Part shown: one piece after another, positions 1-11,124 of the stretch
How positions within the stretch are numbered: the stretch's first letter is position 1
Layout of the letters: each line of letters starts with the position of its first letter
Assembly (NCBI GenBank): GCA_048499955.1
Contig: JASNYX010000002.1
Span: forward strand, 68,513-132,512
Source: Patescibacteria group bacterium
GTDB taxonomy: Bacteria > Patescibacteriota > WWE3 > 2-01-FULL-39-13
Reading direction: 5' to 3'
DNA length: 64,000 bases
Translations under genes and position numbers: made by a program
Notes under the pieces: model-generated
Seen by the model: the letters and a program-made list of their open reading frames with translations, nothing else
Told to the model about the DNA's origin: nothing
The model's database searches: none

Positions 1-413
1 TAAATCAATAAATCATGCTTTGTAACCGTTATGAAACTTTCAAGATCCGGAAAATCAAAATGGTAAACCCACAATACGACCTTTAAATTCTTATCAGGGA
101 AATTTCCCAAAAGGCTTTTGATTTTATTGGAATGCATCCAAGTATTAAACATGGAAAATGGCCAGAAGTTGAAAATATTTGCGGGTCTATAAACAACTAA
201 ATTATTTTCACGAACTTCAGATCCGGTAAATAACTTAAAGATGTTTATGGATGGATTCCTCAGGAACGATCTCAGTGCCTTAAATCTTAATGGGGGGTCA
301 ATGAAAACCACCTGGTGGCCTCTTTTAGCAAGCCTCGTTGCTATATGCCATTTGTTTGTTTTTAATTCAAAATCAAAAGGCTGGTTTGAAAGAATAATGA
401 ATGTATATTTCAT
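1..413 (-). CDS. Glycosyltransferase (GT4/TuaH-like), N-terminal part; runs off the window start
   Basis: Not in ORF track. Manual translation from ATG at 413: MKYTFIILSNQPFDFELKTNKWHIATRLAKRGHQVVFIDPP..., a typical GT-B N-terminus; lies in a GT cluster. Confidence 0.7.
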   Translation of the reverse strand, partial: MKYTFIILSNQPFDFELKTNKWHIATRLAKRGHQVVFIDPPLRFKALRSFLRNPSINIFKLFTGSEVRENNLVVYRPANIFNFWPFSMFNTWMHSNKIKSLLGNFPDKNLKVVLWVYHFDFPDLESFITVTKHDLLI

Positions 414-452
414 GACTGCTAAGCTTTACCAATTATATCAGAGGTTTGCTAA

Positions 453-2036
453 CTAATTTTGTGCACCGGGAACTTTAGGGGTTAAATTTTGATAAATCCT
501 ATAATACGAGATCCCGGCGATAGTGATATCGTCTTCGGTATTTTTCAGCTTATAGGAACGTATGTATTCGCGATTTTGCTCATGACGATACTCGGGAATC
601 ACGAAATATTGTGCTTCAGCTCTTTTTTCAACATCATTTATATCAATAACCTGAAATCTGGCAAAAGGAACAATATAGTCTTTATCCGCCATCGCAACCT
701 TTATTAACTCCGGGTTATCTTTGCGATTAAAATAGTCGGCCAATTCATCATACCCAACCATCCATTTCGGCTCGATAATCTCCCGACCTCTATCGTACCC
801 GCCAACAAGCTGACTGTAATAAGCTAAATAGTTAGGATGAATCCCATAAAAAACTACTAATCCGGTAATTAGGTATATGAAGCAAACTAATGCCCACTTC
901 TTAAAATTATGTTGAATAACGCTTGGCAAATAGTAAACCGCAACTATAATCATCGGGAATATAAGAGGTAACGCATAACGATCCAATTTTTTTGAGGTCA
1001 AAGAGATCATAAGTATAAACCCTATAAAATAGATCAGATTTAAAATTACAAATTCCTTAAGATTTTGATCGATAATATTACGTTTAAATTTGTTGAGGAA
1101 ATAAATTATTCCGAAAAAGAATGAAAGAACTAACACCGTAGAATATCTTGACAAAACTACAAGTGGGTAAAAAGTCCATCCAGGATCCTGAACTTTTTGT
1201 CCAAACCAAATATGTTCGTGTCCTTCTTCTATCGCAACTCCCTGTACTCCTCGGAACAAATAAAGCTGAATTGTCTCAATCGGATTAACCCACATTGCAG
1301 GCCAAGCCAGAAAAAACACTAAAAGCGAAAAGGTGTATAGATATGTTAGCTTGAAAAAAACGGTTCGCTCTTTAGATTTAAAATAGCAATACAAACTTAT
1401 TAACAAATAGAATGGAATTAAGTAAAGTGCCGCACTTTTTGTTAACAATGCGAGTCCGGTAAATATACCTGAAAGTAATGTGTTTCTGTCAAATCTTATG
1501 CTTTTATTTTCCAACGACAAATAATAGTAAACAAATCCGTTAAACATTAATAACGACATCAATGAGTCTAGATGAATGGTTCGTGACAAAGCTGTGAAAA
1601 AAGGTTCCAAACATAAAACCAAAATCGCGAAAATCGCCGCTTTTCTTCCCATAATATTTTTCAAACCGACGTATAAGAATGCAATTAGAATAGAAGTGAA
1701 AATAACCACATAAGTATTTTGAATAACATGATTCATTAAAAACTCGGTTAATCCGAAACTTTGAGGTGTGTACCCGGCACGATTGAGTATTCCATATGTC
1801 TTTATGGCAGAAAATTGACTCCATAGAAGCGTGATTCCCGGATGGTAAGTAACCGCAGTACCTGCAAAATCGAGATTTGAAATAGCCGTACTGAAAGCAT
1901 AACCTCGAGTTTTCCAATGATGATCATCATTATTAACAAAATCTAAACCCAAACTAGGCATTCTGTACAATAGCGCGAACAGAAAAACTATCACCGGAAT
2001 AATAATTCCGTAAAATCGGGTATTAAAGCTTCTCAT
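453..2036 (-). CDS. GT-C fold membrane glycosyltransferase (PMT_2/ArnT-like)
   Basis: 527 aa polytopic protein; acidic NNDD motif after TM1, YHPG loop, GLALLTK motif, DRY in C-terminal TM region. Confidence 0.8.
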   Translation of the reverse strand: MRSFNTRFYGIIIPVIVFLFALLYRMPSLGLDFVNNDDHHWKTRGYAFSTAISNLDFAGTAVTYHPGITLLWSQFSAIKTYGILNRAGYTPQSFGLTEFLMNHVIQNTYVVIFTSILIAFLYVGLKNIMGRKAAIFAILVLCLEPFFTALSRTIHLDSLMSLLMFNGFVYYYLSLENKSIRFDRNTLLSGIFTGLALLTKSAALYLIPFYLLISLYCYFKSKERTVFFKLTYLYTFSLLVFFLAWPAMWVNPIETIQLYLFRGVQGVAIEEGHEHIWFGQKVQDPGWTFYPLVVLSRYSTVLVLSFFFGIIYFLNKFKRNIIDQNLKEFVILNLIYFIGFILMISLTSKKLDRYALPLIFPMIIVAVYYLPSVIQHNFKKWALVCFIYLITGLVVFYGIHPNYLAYYSQLVGGYDRGREIIEPKWMVGYDELADYFNRKDNPELIKVAMADKDYIVPFARFQVIDINDVEKRAEAQYFVIPEYRHEQNREYIRSYKLKNTEDDITIAGISYYRIYQNLTPKVPGAQN

Positions 2037-3561
2037 ATATATAAATAATATCTTTACTTAAATTTGGTGTTAATTCAAACGTTTGGATTAATCTGAATTT
2101 ATCCTCACCTAACGATTCCTCGGAAACAACCAATGACCCGGCATCAATCTCATCCGAATCATTATATCTCTTATATCCGTTGTTATTAATAGCATTAAAC
2201 GTGCTCACATCAGAACCTCTCATGTAAATAATCCGGTCGGAGTTTCGAATTGACTTGGCGGCTTCCGAAATATTAACGGGTATCAAAAATTTCGTTGATG
2301 CCTCAAATGAGTACGGAAGTAAAATGAACAATACGAAGGCGGGAAATAGTGATGTAAGTATGGACTTCATTTTTTGAACATACTCATCTCCCAAAACAGT
2401 TAGTGACAAAACCAAATGATAAAAATAAGCACTCAATAACACGGTAATAACATCCAACACTATGAAGTACCTAGGGCCGGCTCTTCCATATCTCGAAATA
2501 TATAAAAATAAAATTATAAACACGGTATATAATCCGATTGCTAATTTATCTTCATTGCTAAGCGCAATTACTTTTTTCTTCGCCCCTATTATTTTGACTA
2601 TGAGCAAAACTAAACCGGCTACTAATAAAATAATAGGAACGTATCCGATATTCTGGGCATAAGCAGATATGTAATTTCCAAAATTTGCGGGATACTCACT
2701 TACTGAAACCGCCTGAGAGTTCTCAAATATTTGCCATAATAAACCACGACCGGGTTCGTATGACCAAAAAATATGCGGATACTTGAATACACTTGGGATA
2801 GTAATGACAAAAGCCAGAATTGCGACACCATACATAATAGCTAATCGTTTTATAAAAGCAGGAATCTCTTTATACTTATTTTCAATTTGAAGTGCATATA
2901 ATTGCCAAAAATAAAATACAAATACCAACAGACTTAACATTACTGCGTTGTACTTTACAGACACTGCAATTCCCCAGAAAATTCCTGCGATTGCATATGA
3001 TTTATAACAACCACGTTTTACTGCTCGCAAAGACAAATAGATTGCAACAGAAACGAAAAATATTAACATCGGCTCAAGAAGTGCAAAGTGAGAAATGAAA
3101 ATTCCGTAGGGCATGAGTAAAAAAATTGCAGAAGCAAACAATGCTGTCTTTTTTGAAAACAAATTCTTAACAGTAAGATAAATAGGTACGACTGCAAGTG
3201 AATAAAGAATAGAATTCTGTAATCTACTTAAAAAGTAAAAAACGAAAGGGTCATCCCACAACACGGGGAAAATACCTTCTAAAGTAGAATTCCATCCTAA
3301 ACTATTAACTAAACCCCTCATTTTTATAAAAATTTCGAAGAATATAGCGTTAAGATAAAAGCTGAAATGGGGCCAATCAAAATGGTTTACCCAAAACGAG
3401 TTTCTAATCCCTAATGCACTTCGTACCAACGCGGGCTCATCAATATTATGGATAAACGGATATCCATGAAGTATTCCAATAAACCTGAAGATTAGCCCGA
3501 TGCTAAAAATGATTATCAATAACCGGTGCTGATTAATTTTTTCGATAAGATTTGTAAGCAT
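2023..3561 (-). CDS. GT-C fold membrane glycosyltransferase (PMT_2/ArnT-like)
   Basis: NIDEP and FDWPH motifs, AVSVKYN, many TM helices. Start placed at MLTN (3561); ORF track extends to 3591. Confidence 0.8.
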   Translation of the reverse strand: MLTNLIEKINQHRLLIIIFSIGLIFRFIGILHGYPFIHNIDEPALVRSALGIRNSFWVNHFDWPHFSFYLNAIFFEIFIKMRGLVNSLGWNSTLEGIFPVLWDDPFVFYFLSRLQNSILYSLAVVPIYLTVKNLFSKKTALFASAIFLLMPYGIFISHFALLEPMLIFFVSVAIYLSLRAVKRGCYKSYAIAGIFWGIAVSVKYNAVMLSLLVFVFYFWQLYALQIENKYKEIPAFIKRLAIMYGVAILAFVITIPSVFKYPHIFWSYEPGRGLLWQIFENSQAVSVSEYPANFGNYISAYAQNIGYVPIILLVAGLVLLIVKIIGAKKKVIALSNEDKLAIGLYTVFIILFLYISRYGRAGPRYFIVLDVITVLLSAYFYHLVLSLTVLGDEYVQKMKSILTSLFPAFVLFILLPYSFEASTKFLIPVNISEAAKSIRNSDRIIYMRGSDVSTFNAINNNGYKRYNDSDEIDAGSLVVSEESLGEDKFRLIQTFELTPNLSKDIIYIYEKL

Positions 3562-4960
3562 AGAAGGCGATAAACATATAAACTGGTCCAAGAATATATG
3601 GGGAAATTCCTACATAATGTGCCACCAAAATAAACACGGAAATTATCAAATAAATCAGGTCTCTCGATCTAATCAGATAAAACCCGGCCTCATATCTGGT
3701 TAAGACCAACATTGAGATGTACGCAACCAAACCAGAGATCCCCATCGCTAAAGCAAAATTTGTTAACGTTCCTAAATCAACCGGAGGGTGTGTATATAAT
3801 AGATACGTTCCTAAAAATAATATCCCATGAGAAATAACTGCACCAATTAATTTTTTGGCAGGTACAGAAAATCCGGATCTAAGTAAATTTATTTGCGAGT
3901 ATGACCAAAAGGCTAAAACAAGCGGATCCATTAAAACAAATGAATCTCGATACCCGATAGACAGCGAGGTTCCCCTCATCGGCATAAAAATAAAATCAAT
4001 AATCTGAAAAAACAATTCTTTAAACAGTATAAATAACACACATACCGTGGCAATTAAAATATGAGAAGCCGAATTACCCCTCAGAAATTTATCTTTATAC
4101 TCACCTAGACTTTTCTTATATAAAGCAGACATTGATGGCAAAGTCACATCCGTAATTGCATCCGAAAACACTACGATCTTAGAAGTAACTAAAAGTGCAA
4201 AGCTAAATAGGCCAATCATATAATCATCAAGTCTAAAAGCCAGCACGAACGGTCCTAATTTTTGCCACTGGGTATCAATAATTCTTATTAAATAAACGAA
4301 TAAACCAATGGCAAAGACAGATTTAACTATCACCCAAAATTCCTTCTTACTAGGTAAAACAAAATGCCCATCAAGAAGTCTGTAAACGTAAGCGGCCAGT
4401 ACTAAAGTGGACACAAGGTTAAACGCTAATAAACCATAAAAATATCCGATTAATTGGTACTGCATAAGAAAGGGTATAAAGATCAGTAAACTTACAGCAG
4501 CGATTACAACCTGAAATATAAATAAAAACTTAAATGCCTTCATCCCCGAAATAACCGAATTGAGAGTCGACTGCAACGCCTGGATTAATAGAGTCAAAGC
4601 AAAAAGCCTAAGGGGAAGAATAATTTCGCTACGGTTATTTAACTCTTCCGAAATAAAACCGGCAAAGAAAAATAATATTATCACGAGTGGAATAGAAATA
4701 AGGTACCTCACCAACAATGATGCAAGAAAAACCTTCGATACATCTTCTTTTCCATCGGCAGCTGCAATTTCACGCGTCGACCCGGATGAGATTCCCAGAT
4801 TTTGATAAACACCGACACTTGCTCCGATTCCGGTGATGGTTCCCCACAGTCCGTAATCCGAAACGCTCAAAATCTTTACAATGATTATGGACTGAACTAA
4901 ACCGATCAGAGTTGCCGATAATCGTGAACCGATAGAAATAATAGGCCAACTGAATTTCAT
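3533..4960 (-). CDS. Wzx/MATE-like oligosaccharide flippase
   Basis: 475 aa, hydrophobic throughout; N-terminal ILSVSDYGLW and NLGISSGSTREIA pattern typical of Wzx-like exporters. Confidence 0.8.
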   Translation of the reverse strand: MKFSWPIISIGSRLSATLIGLVQSIIIVKILSVSDYGLWGTITGIGASVGVYQNLGISSGSTREIAAADGKEDVSKVFLASLLVRYLISIPLVIILFFFAGFISEELNNRSEIILPLRLFALTLLIQALQSTLNSVISGMKAFKFLFIFQVVIAAVSLLIFIPFLMQYQLIGYFYGLLAFNLVSTLVLAAYVYRLLDGHFVLPSKKEFWVIVKSVFAIGLFVYLIRIIDTQWQKLGPFVLAFRLDDYMIGLFSFALLVTSKIVVFSDAITDVTLPSMSALYKKSLGEYKDKFLRGNSASHILIATVCVLFILFKELFFQIIDFIFMPMRGTSLSIGYRDSFVLMDPLVLAFWSYSQINLLRSGFSVPAKKLIGAVISHGILFLGTYLLYTHPPVDLGTLTNFALAMGISGLVAYISMLVLTRYEAGFYLIRSRDLIYLIISVFILVAHYVGISPYILGPVYMFIAFYAYKSYRKN

Positions 4961-7044
4961 TTAGTTATGTTTACCTTTCCCAAATATATTTTTGATGCTC
5001 TGACAAGATCCCCAATTCCATAATAAACCTCATATTCACCGGGAGTTGTTTCGCTATCGAATCTGGGGAAATAGGTTTCTTTAATATAGTCTTCTTCCGG
5101 AATAATTGTATTAGGATTTAACCCGGATCCGGAAGTCAAATAATCAAGAAATGCATATTCTGCCGAACCATCTGTCTTGCGAAATTCCCAGAAAGTTACT
5201 TTATCGTAAAAATTTCCATGTACAACCATTAAAGCAAGTTCAATAGGGTTGGGATCATTGATTGAAATAGATTCAGGGAAATTAAGTATTCCGACATTAA
5301 TTGCCATACTACTTGTTTCGATTCCATACATCTGGGGAATATCATTTGATTCAGGAACGTATGAAACAACCACATTCACATCATCATATGCCATGTCGTT
5401 TAAGTGTGATTCAAAAACTGAAATCATCCCACAACTATAATAATGATGGTATCGACCTGAAGATGTTAAACGAGTTAGAGCCTCTTTATTAGCCATCCAT
5501 CCTTTTACTCCGACACGATCCAAAGCTTTTTCATCAAATATATCAACTACGATTAGGTCTGAATTTAGTATTCCGGCAGGAAATAAAGCATTAACCTTGC
5601 GATTTGCAGTATGAGCGCCTAAATAGTCAGGCCCTGAATAAATTTGTGGGTTTTTCTCTTCGACAATCGCAAAAACCTTATCGAGGCATGTAATATTATT
5701 CCGTGGGATTTGAGCTTTCATTTGCTCTCCCACTCTTGAATCGTTTTCCACTATATGTGGTGTCTCTTGTGCCGAAATTTTCTTGATTATCTTTTCTTGT
5801 ACAAAACTTACACCGGAAATAAATAACGGATTTTCGGATTTATACGAGAACCAGATATTCAAAATGAATACGCAAATAGCGATCACAACTACTAAAGGAA
5901 AAAATCTAACCCGATTCTGCAATTTATCATTTACCATCGATAGTAAATAGATATAACAAATGAATAAAGCAGATATGATAAACGCCACTCTATGATTATC
6001 AATTGCAAATATATTTTCTTTACTCAAAACTAAAATTGCAAGATCAGGGAGAGTCATGAGCCAAAATGGAACGATCACAACTACATAACCGAACGGGCCA
6101 ACTAAGTTATTGATTGCTTTCAGGTTATGATCAGAAAAAACTACTTTAAAAACAAGATCAGGTCTTAATATCATATTCCGAGCAATCTCTGAATATGAAC
6201 TACCTAAATATGAATATCTTGTCAGGAAAAAGTTCTCTCCTTGTACAGATTCGGGGCTTGCCCCTTCAATTCCGGCTGTTTCAATGAAATGATTGATACC
6301 GCTTTCACGGAGTCCCGCATATCCGGGGATAATCATAAAAAAACATATTAATGACCAAATAGCAGAAACAACAAAGGTGCTTGTTGCAAGCTTCAAGTTA
6401 TACTTCCTCAAAAATATAGCCCCGATTGCAAGTAGAAACCCAATTTCTTCTTTTCCGAAAAGCATCAAGACTATTAGAGTCCAATAGATTAGGTAGTCCT
6501 TAAATCGGGCTTCATTGAGGAATTCCTTTTTTTCCAAAAAGTAGATCAACCATATTAATAGCGGAGCAACAAAGGAAATTCCATGATATGTAGTCCAGAT
6601 TAATGTATAGCCGATTGCAGGATAAAAAATATAGCTCAAAACAACCAATAACGCGGTCACGCGTGAGTTTAATTTTCTGAAAGTTAACCAATATAACGGA
6701 TAAATCGCCGATAGCACCAGAATATGTTGAAGAAACACCAATACCATCGGATGATCCACAATCCAATATATCGGCACAAAAAGAACCAATACCGGATCAA
6801 CATGACTCATACCCCACCTTGGCATATTCGTACCAAACTGGTCGGTAACTTCCATAAAATCTCCCCGGGAGGTGTTCCACACCATCTGAGCCATGTTACC
6901 TAAATCGAATTTACCGTATTCATAGTTCTGGTATCTTTTCATTGCAAGCGAAAACGAATAAGTTAACGCCATTATGAAAATCACTGTAAGTATCAGTAAG
7001 TAGGTTCCGTTTGAGAGTTTTGATATCTTTGCAAGAATGCTCAT
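4957..7044 (-). CDS. DUF2079 family membrane protein (predicted GT-C-like)
   Basis: FDLGNMAQMVWNT, HVDPVLVLFVPIY and KEE motifs; soluble C-terminal extension. Confidence 0.75.
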   Translation of the reverse strand: MSILAKISKLSNGTYLLILTVIFIMALTYSFSLAMKRYQNYEYGKFDLGNMAQMVWNTSRGDFMEVTDQFGTNMPRWGMSHVDPVLVLFVPIYWIVDHPMVLVFLQHILVLSAIYPLYWLTFRKLNSRVTALLVVLSYIFYPAIGYTLIWTTYHGISFVAPLLIWLIYFLEKKEFLNEARFKDYLIYWTLIVLMLFGKEEIGFLLAIGAIFLRKYNLKLATSTFVVSAIWSLICFFMIIPGYAGLRESGINHFIETAGIEGASPESVQGENFFLTRYSYLGSSYSEIARNMILRPDLVFKVVFSDHNLKAINNLVGPFGYVVVIVPFWLMTLPDLAILVLSKENIFAIDNHRVAFIISALFICYIYLLSMVNDKLQNRVRFFPLVVVIAICVFILNIWFSYKSENPLFISGVSFVQEKIIKKISAQETPHIVENDSRVGEQMKAQIPRNNITCLDKVFAIVEEKNPQIYSGPDYLGAHTANRKVNALFPAGILNSDLIVVDIFDEKALDRVGVKGWMANKEALTRLTSSGRYHHYYSCGMISVFESHLNDMAYDDVNVVVSYVPESNDIPQMYGIETSSMAINVGILNFPESISINDPNPIELALMVVHGNFYDKVTFWEFRKTDGSAEYAFLDYLTSGSGLNPNTIIPEEDYIKETYFPRFDSETTPGEYEVYYGIGDLVRASKIYLGKVNITK

Positions 7045-7047
7045 GGA

Positions 7048-7749
7048 TCAATCGTAAATTCGATATTTAAACAAAGTCCACATTGCTTCCCACCCATCCT
7101 TCAATGCATTCAACTTTTTGCCGGAATTAGTAGTTCTTGGAAAGTAGCTAATGGGTACATTCACAATTTTATAACCTTTCTTACTGACCTTAGCTGTGAT
7201 TTCCGGGCAAAACTCAAATCTCTTGCACTCGAGCTTAATACTTTTAAGAATTTCGGTTTTAAACATTTTGTAACATGTCGCCTCATCCGGAACATACTGA
7301 CCGTATAGCAAACTTGCAGTCAATGGAAGTAGAATGTTGTTCCCAAGAAAATTCTTCCAATCCATGCCTTCATAAAACCTCTTTGATGCGAATCTGTTTC
7401 CGTAAACAACGTCCAAATCATCTTTTAAAGCAAGATCGAACATTTTAACCAGATCCTGAGGATCGTATTCGAAATCAGCATCTTGAACAACTGTATATTC
7501 GCCTGTAACGTATTTGAATCCTTCCCGTAGTGCAGTACCTTTACCCCCATTTCTTTCCATCAAGTGCACGCGCACTTGTTCATTCTTGCTTCTGTATTCT
7601 TTTAGCAATTCCCTGGATCCGTCAGTTGACCCGTCATCTACAACAATAATTTCTTTATCAATCGGAAGGCTTTCCAACTCTTTCAAAACCTGTATTACAG
7701 AGCTGACTTCGTTGTATACCGGGATCACTATAGACAATTTAGAACTCAT
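7048..7749 (-). CDS. GT2 glycosyltransferase, DPM1-like polyprenol-phosphate sugar synthase
   Basis: SIVIPVYNE, VVDDGSTDGS, GKG, QDAD, TCYK motifs. Confidence 0.9.
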   Translation of the reverse strand: MSSKLSIVIPVYNEVSSVIQVLKELESLPIDKEIIVVDDGSTDGSRELLKEYRSKNEQVRVHLMERNGGKGTALREGFKYVTGEYTVVQDADFEYDPQDLVKMFDLALKDDLDVVYGNRFASKRFYEGMDWKNFLGNNILLPLTASLLYGQYVPDEATCYKMFKTEILKSIKLECKRFEFCPEITAKVSKKGYKIVNVPISYFPRTTNSGKKLNALKDGWEAMWTLFKYRIYD

Positions 7750-7782
7750 AATATAAACATTTTCTCAACAAATAGACTAAAA

Positions 7783-9423
7783 TCACAGCACTTCATATAT
7801 CTTAGTTCTGAAAGTGAAGTAACCCGGATCGATCGCGGGAATGTACTTAGAAAGGGCCATCTCAAGAAAATCATCGATTGGAACGCTATAAACAGCAAGT
7901 AACATATAACGCTGATCCGATCTCGGATCAATGAAGTTACTCCCCCGATTAAACTCATCCGTTAATAAAACATACTTTACATTATTTTGCTTAAGGATGT
8001 CATACTGTTCATCGAAATTAGACATAACTGTATCAGGAGGTAAATAGTACGACCTATTTCTAAGGTACCAGCTACTGTTCCCTGTTTCGTCTGCATATGC
8101 TACAACTCCTTCGGTTTTAGCTAGATATTCGAGTCCCTGTTTTACTGACTTATAAACATCCTTCTGATTATAGATAACAACAGAAGACACCAGAATGTTC
8201 AAAGTTAGAAGACTTATCATAATGAGGCGTATGCTCCACCTGTTTTTAATTAACATTAAAATAGAAATTAACACCGAAACTCCAATAATAATAAAAAACA
8301 TAGGCTTCGATGCCCCGAGGAAATAAAGTTTCTGAGATCCCTGCAACCCGGCAAAAATTGCCGTCAAAAGTATTGTCACAAAACAATATTTCATTCTAGC
8401 TTTACTTGAAAAGTCCTCCGCGAAGAATTTGAACATGCCATAAGTTCCGATCATCACAATAAACGGTATTATCGGCATATAAATCCGAGGTAAAGACGGT
8501 GTCCATATAAAGCCAATTAATAGCTCCTGCAGAATAAATAGTGAAAGTGGCAAGTATGGTAGATATTTCCCCAAGTTATTTCGCACATTTGCATTTAAGT
8601 ATATTTGCCGAGCTCCCCAGAATATAAAAAAGACGAATACAGGGATAACTAAGAGGTAAATTGTATATGTACTAAAGTAAGTAAACCTCTCCAGATTGAA
8701 AACAAAACCTTCGGCTTCCTTGAAATAATCATTTTCCACTTGGCCGGGATACAAGAATTTCGCATAAAAGGTCCACGGTACATAAACCAGCAACTGTGGA
8801 ACGATAAACAGTATCAAATCTCTAAGTCTTTTTGTCACAAACAGAAAGAGTAATACACCTGAAAGCATGAATAAACCCTCAAGTCTTGTCATTGTAATTA
8901 TTAGAAGCACCAAAGATAAAAGCCCTTTATTTACAGTAAATCTAGGTATGTAACGTTGAAATTCTTGTAAAAAATGATAGGCGAATACCACAATCATCAA
9001 GGTAAAAAGCGGGTCAGCCATTACCCGGAAACTCCAATATGCGAAAACGGAACTCGATGCGACTAATAACGTCGAAAATACTGCATGAGTATCATCAGGT
9101 TCTGAACCATCAATATCAGTAACAAGTTTTTTATAAAAAAAGTATATGTATATTAGGGTTAAAAGACTTATTAATATGCCGATAACTCTACCAAATAAGA
9201 TGGGCTGACCAAACAAAATTCCCGGAATCAATACAACTGAATAAAACGGCCAACGCTTTTCGTCCCATGGCCAATCAAAATTAGCTAGGAACTCAGAACC
9301 CCTAACCATCCGAAAAGTATCTCCCCATTCGGTATAGTTCAGATTAATCAACAAAATACGTGCTAATAGATAAAAAGCCAATATCAACAGAAAATTACGG
9401 GATAATTTCGAGAAAATCACCAT
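7783..9423 (-). CDS. GT-C fold membrane glycosyltransferase
   Basis: Polytopic; WGD after TM1, PFYS loop, MADP, TRLEG motifs. Start at 9423 lies 6 nt after TATAAT (ORF track 9441). Confidence 0.7.
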   Translation of the reverse strand: MVIFSKLSRNFLLILAFYLLARILLINLNYTEWGDTFRMVRGSEFLANFDWPWDEKRWPFYSVVLIPGILFGQPILFGRVIGILISLLTLIYIYFFYKKLVTDIDGSEPDDTHAVFSTLLVASSSVFAYWSFRVMADPLFTLMIVVFAYHFLQEFQRYIPRFTVNKGLLSLVLLIITMTRLEGLFMLSGVLLFLFVTKRLRDLILFIVPQLLVYVPWTFYAKFLYPGQVENDYFKEAEGFVFNLERFTYFSTYTIYLLVIPVFVFFIFWGARQIYLNANVRNNLGKYLPYLPLSLFILQELLIGFIWTPSLPRIYMPIIPFIVMIGTYGMFKFFAEDFSSKARMKYCFVTILLTAIFAGLQGSQKLYFLGASKPMFFIIIGVSVLISILMLIKNRWSIRLIMISLLTLNILVSSVVIYNQKDVYKSVKQGLEYLAKTEGVVAYADETGNSSWYLRNRSYYLPPDTVMSNFDEQYDILKQNNVKYVLLTDEFNRGSNFIDPRSDQRYMLLAVYSVPIDDFLEMALSKYIPAIDPGYFTFRTKIYEVL

Positions 9424-9464
9424 AATGACATTATAATCCAAATCTCGAGAGTTCTCATTAAAGC

Positions 9465-11078
9465 TTATTTTGTGGTCGGGATATTAGTTACGTAAAAAAT
9501 ATATATCGGAGGACCTAGTCTTCCTCGGTTATCAACCTCATATACTAATTCAGCATGTTTTAATATTGGGCTCGAGTTTCCCTCAATTAGGTCGGGATCT
9601 CGATCCCCACTTATAATTTCCTCACGTAGCACTCCTCTAGCACCAATAACTAAGTAAAAAGGCGCCTTTGAAACATCTACATGGTCAACATCAACTCTTT
9701 TTAGACGCTTAGATTTCTTTTCCTGAAATGGTACCATTTCCAGATCTTCCCCATATACGTATAGATAATCCACTTCCTCATAAACGTTATTTTTAATCCA
9801 ATCATACGCATAGTTTCTTGTATCCCTTACCGAGTAAAGGTAAGAAATTTTAGCTGACAAGTATAAAGTACTACCCATTACGAACAAAAGTGCAACATAC
9901 GTAATTACTTCCAAGCGACCTTTGAATACTCGGGAATTCAGAAAATCACGGATTTCAAGTATAAAATGTGCTATCGCAGGTATATAAAGCGGTATCAAAA
10001 ATATAAAATAGTGAGAAGGAGAGCGTTCAAAACTGCTTATGTATAGGCAGAAAATAAGAACTGGCAACAATGTCAACACATACGGCTTTGACCGCTTATT
10101 AAAAAAGATAAACAAGACCATTAACAGAGTAAAAATAAACCAAAGGGAAACACCTAAATCCTTTAAATACATTTTCCCGAACGTTTCATATAGAGCCAAA
10201 GGATAATCTACAACATCAATCCTGCCGACATTCTCAAATTGCCACATTGCACCTACTGCGTGCTCTTTAGACCAAAAATTATTCCAGTCTAGAAGGGCGA
10301 ATGGGGTTCCCAAATAAAAAAATAGTATGGAAATTAGTCCGGACAACAAAAAACTTACAAATATGCGGGTCCATTCTCGGAAATTTTTCCAGTCAGCCCA
10401 ATTGAACCTTAGTAGTACTGCGATCACCATAGGTAAAAAAACAAGGAATCCGTTGTATTTGATAGAAGTTGCGATACCAATTAATGCTCCGACAAACAGG
10501 AAAAACCTCCGCTCTCCAGTCTCGAAAATCCTAACGATATAGTAAATTGCCCAACTGATAAAAAAAGCCTGTGGAATATCCAGCTTGGCAAAGTGTGATT
10601 CATCAACGTGTACAGGTAATATCGCAAGTAACAATGCTGCTACTAATGCAGTCTTTCGGCTTTTGAATAAACTACGGGCAATAAGGTAAACAGGTACGAT
10701 CGTGGCAGTGGCAAAAAGGATATGCACAAACCTTGATACTACAAATAAGGCTGAAGTTGAATATAAACCTTCAAATTCTACAAAAACCGAAATAATAGCT
10801 CGAATAACTCCATATATTCCGAAAAATAAAGCGTTGATATAAAAATATAGATGAGGCCAATCAAAACGACCAGGGTGCAAACTGTCATTTAGGTTCGCAG
10901 TGGTACTTATAAGTGCAGGCTCATCAATGTTTATTTGTAGTGGCAATCCGTACCAAATACCCGCAAGTCGTATGAAAAAGCCTAATCCGATTATCGAGAT
11001 TAATACTCGATCCTTCTTCACAAATTTGATCAGCCGTATGAATTTTTGTTTAAAATTATGAATCATATTTACGAGCAT
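9465..11078 (-). CDS. GT-C fold membrane glycosyltransferase (PMT_2/ArnT-like), paralogue of 2023..3561
   Basis: NIDEPAL, FDWPHLYFY, SHFAKLD, ATSIKYNG motifs. Confidence 0.8.
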   Translation of the reverse strand: MLVNMIHNFKQKFIRLIKFVKKDRVLISIIGLGFFIRLAGIWYGLPLQINIDEPALISTTANLNDSLHPGRFDWPHLYFYINALFFGIYGVIRAIISVFVEFEGLYSTSALFVVSRFVHILFATATIVPVYLIARSLFKSRKTALVAALLLAILPVHVDESHFAKLDIPQAFFISWAIYYIVRIFETGERRFFLFVGALIGIATSIKYNGFLVFLPMVIAVLLRFNWADWKNFREWTRIFVSFLLSGLISILFFYLGTPFALLDWNNFWSKEHAVGAMWQFENVGRIDVVDYPLALYETFGKMYLKDLGVSLWFIFTLLMVLFIFFNKRSKPYVLTLLPVLIFCLYISSFERSPSHYFIFLIPLYIPAIAHFILEIRDFLNSRVFKGRLEVITYVALLFVMGSTLYLSAKISYLYSVRDTRNYAYDWIKNNVYEEVDYLYVYGEDLEMVPFQEKKSKRLKRVDVDHVDVSKAPFYLVIGARGVLREEIISGDRDPDLIEGNSSPILKHAELVYEVDNRGRLGPPIYIFYVTNIPTTK

Positions 11079-11124
11079 CTGCCCATTCTATGACAATAAA
11101 GTTGGGAAATATACCACCAACAAA

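Noticed and set aside
241-456. 71-aa plus-strand ORF, and the many other short ORFs antisense to or nested in long genes
   Set aside because: They overlap well-supported genes on the opposite strand or in another frame and carry no recognisable motifs; treated as shadow ORFs.
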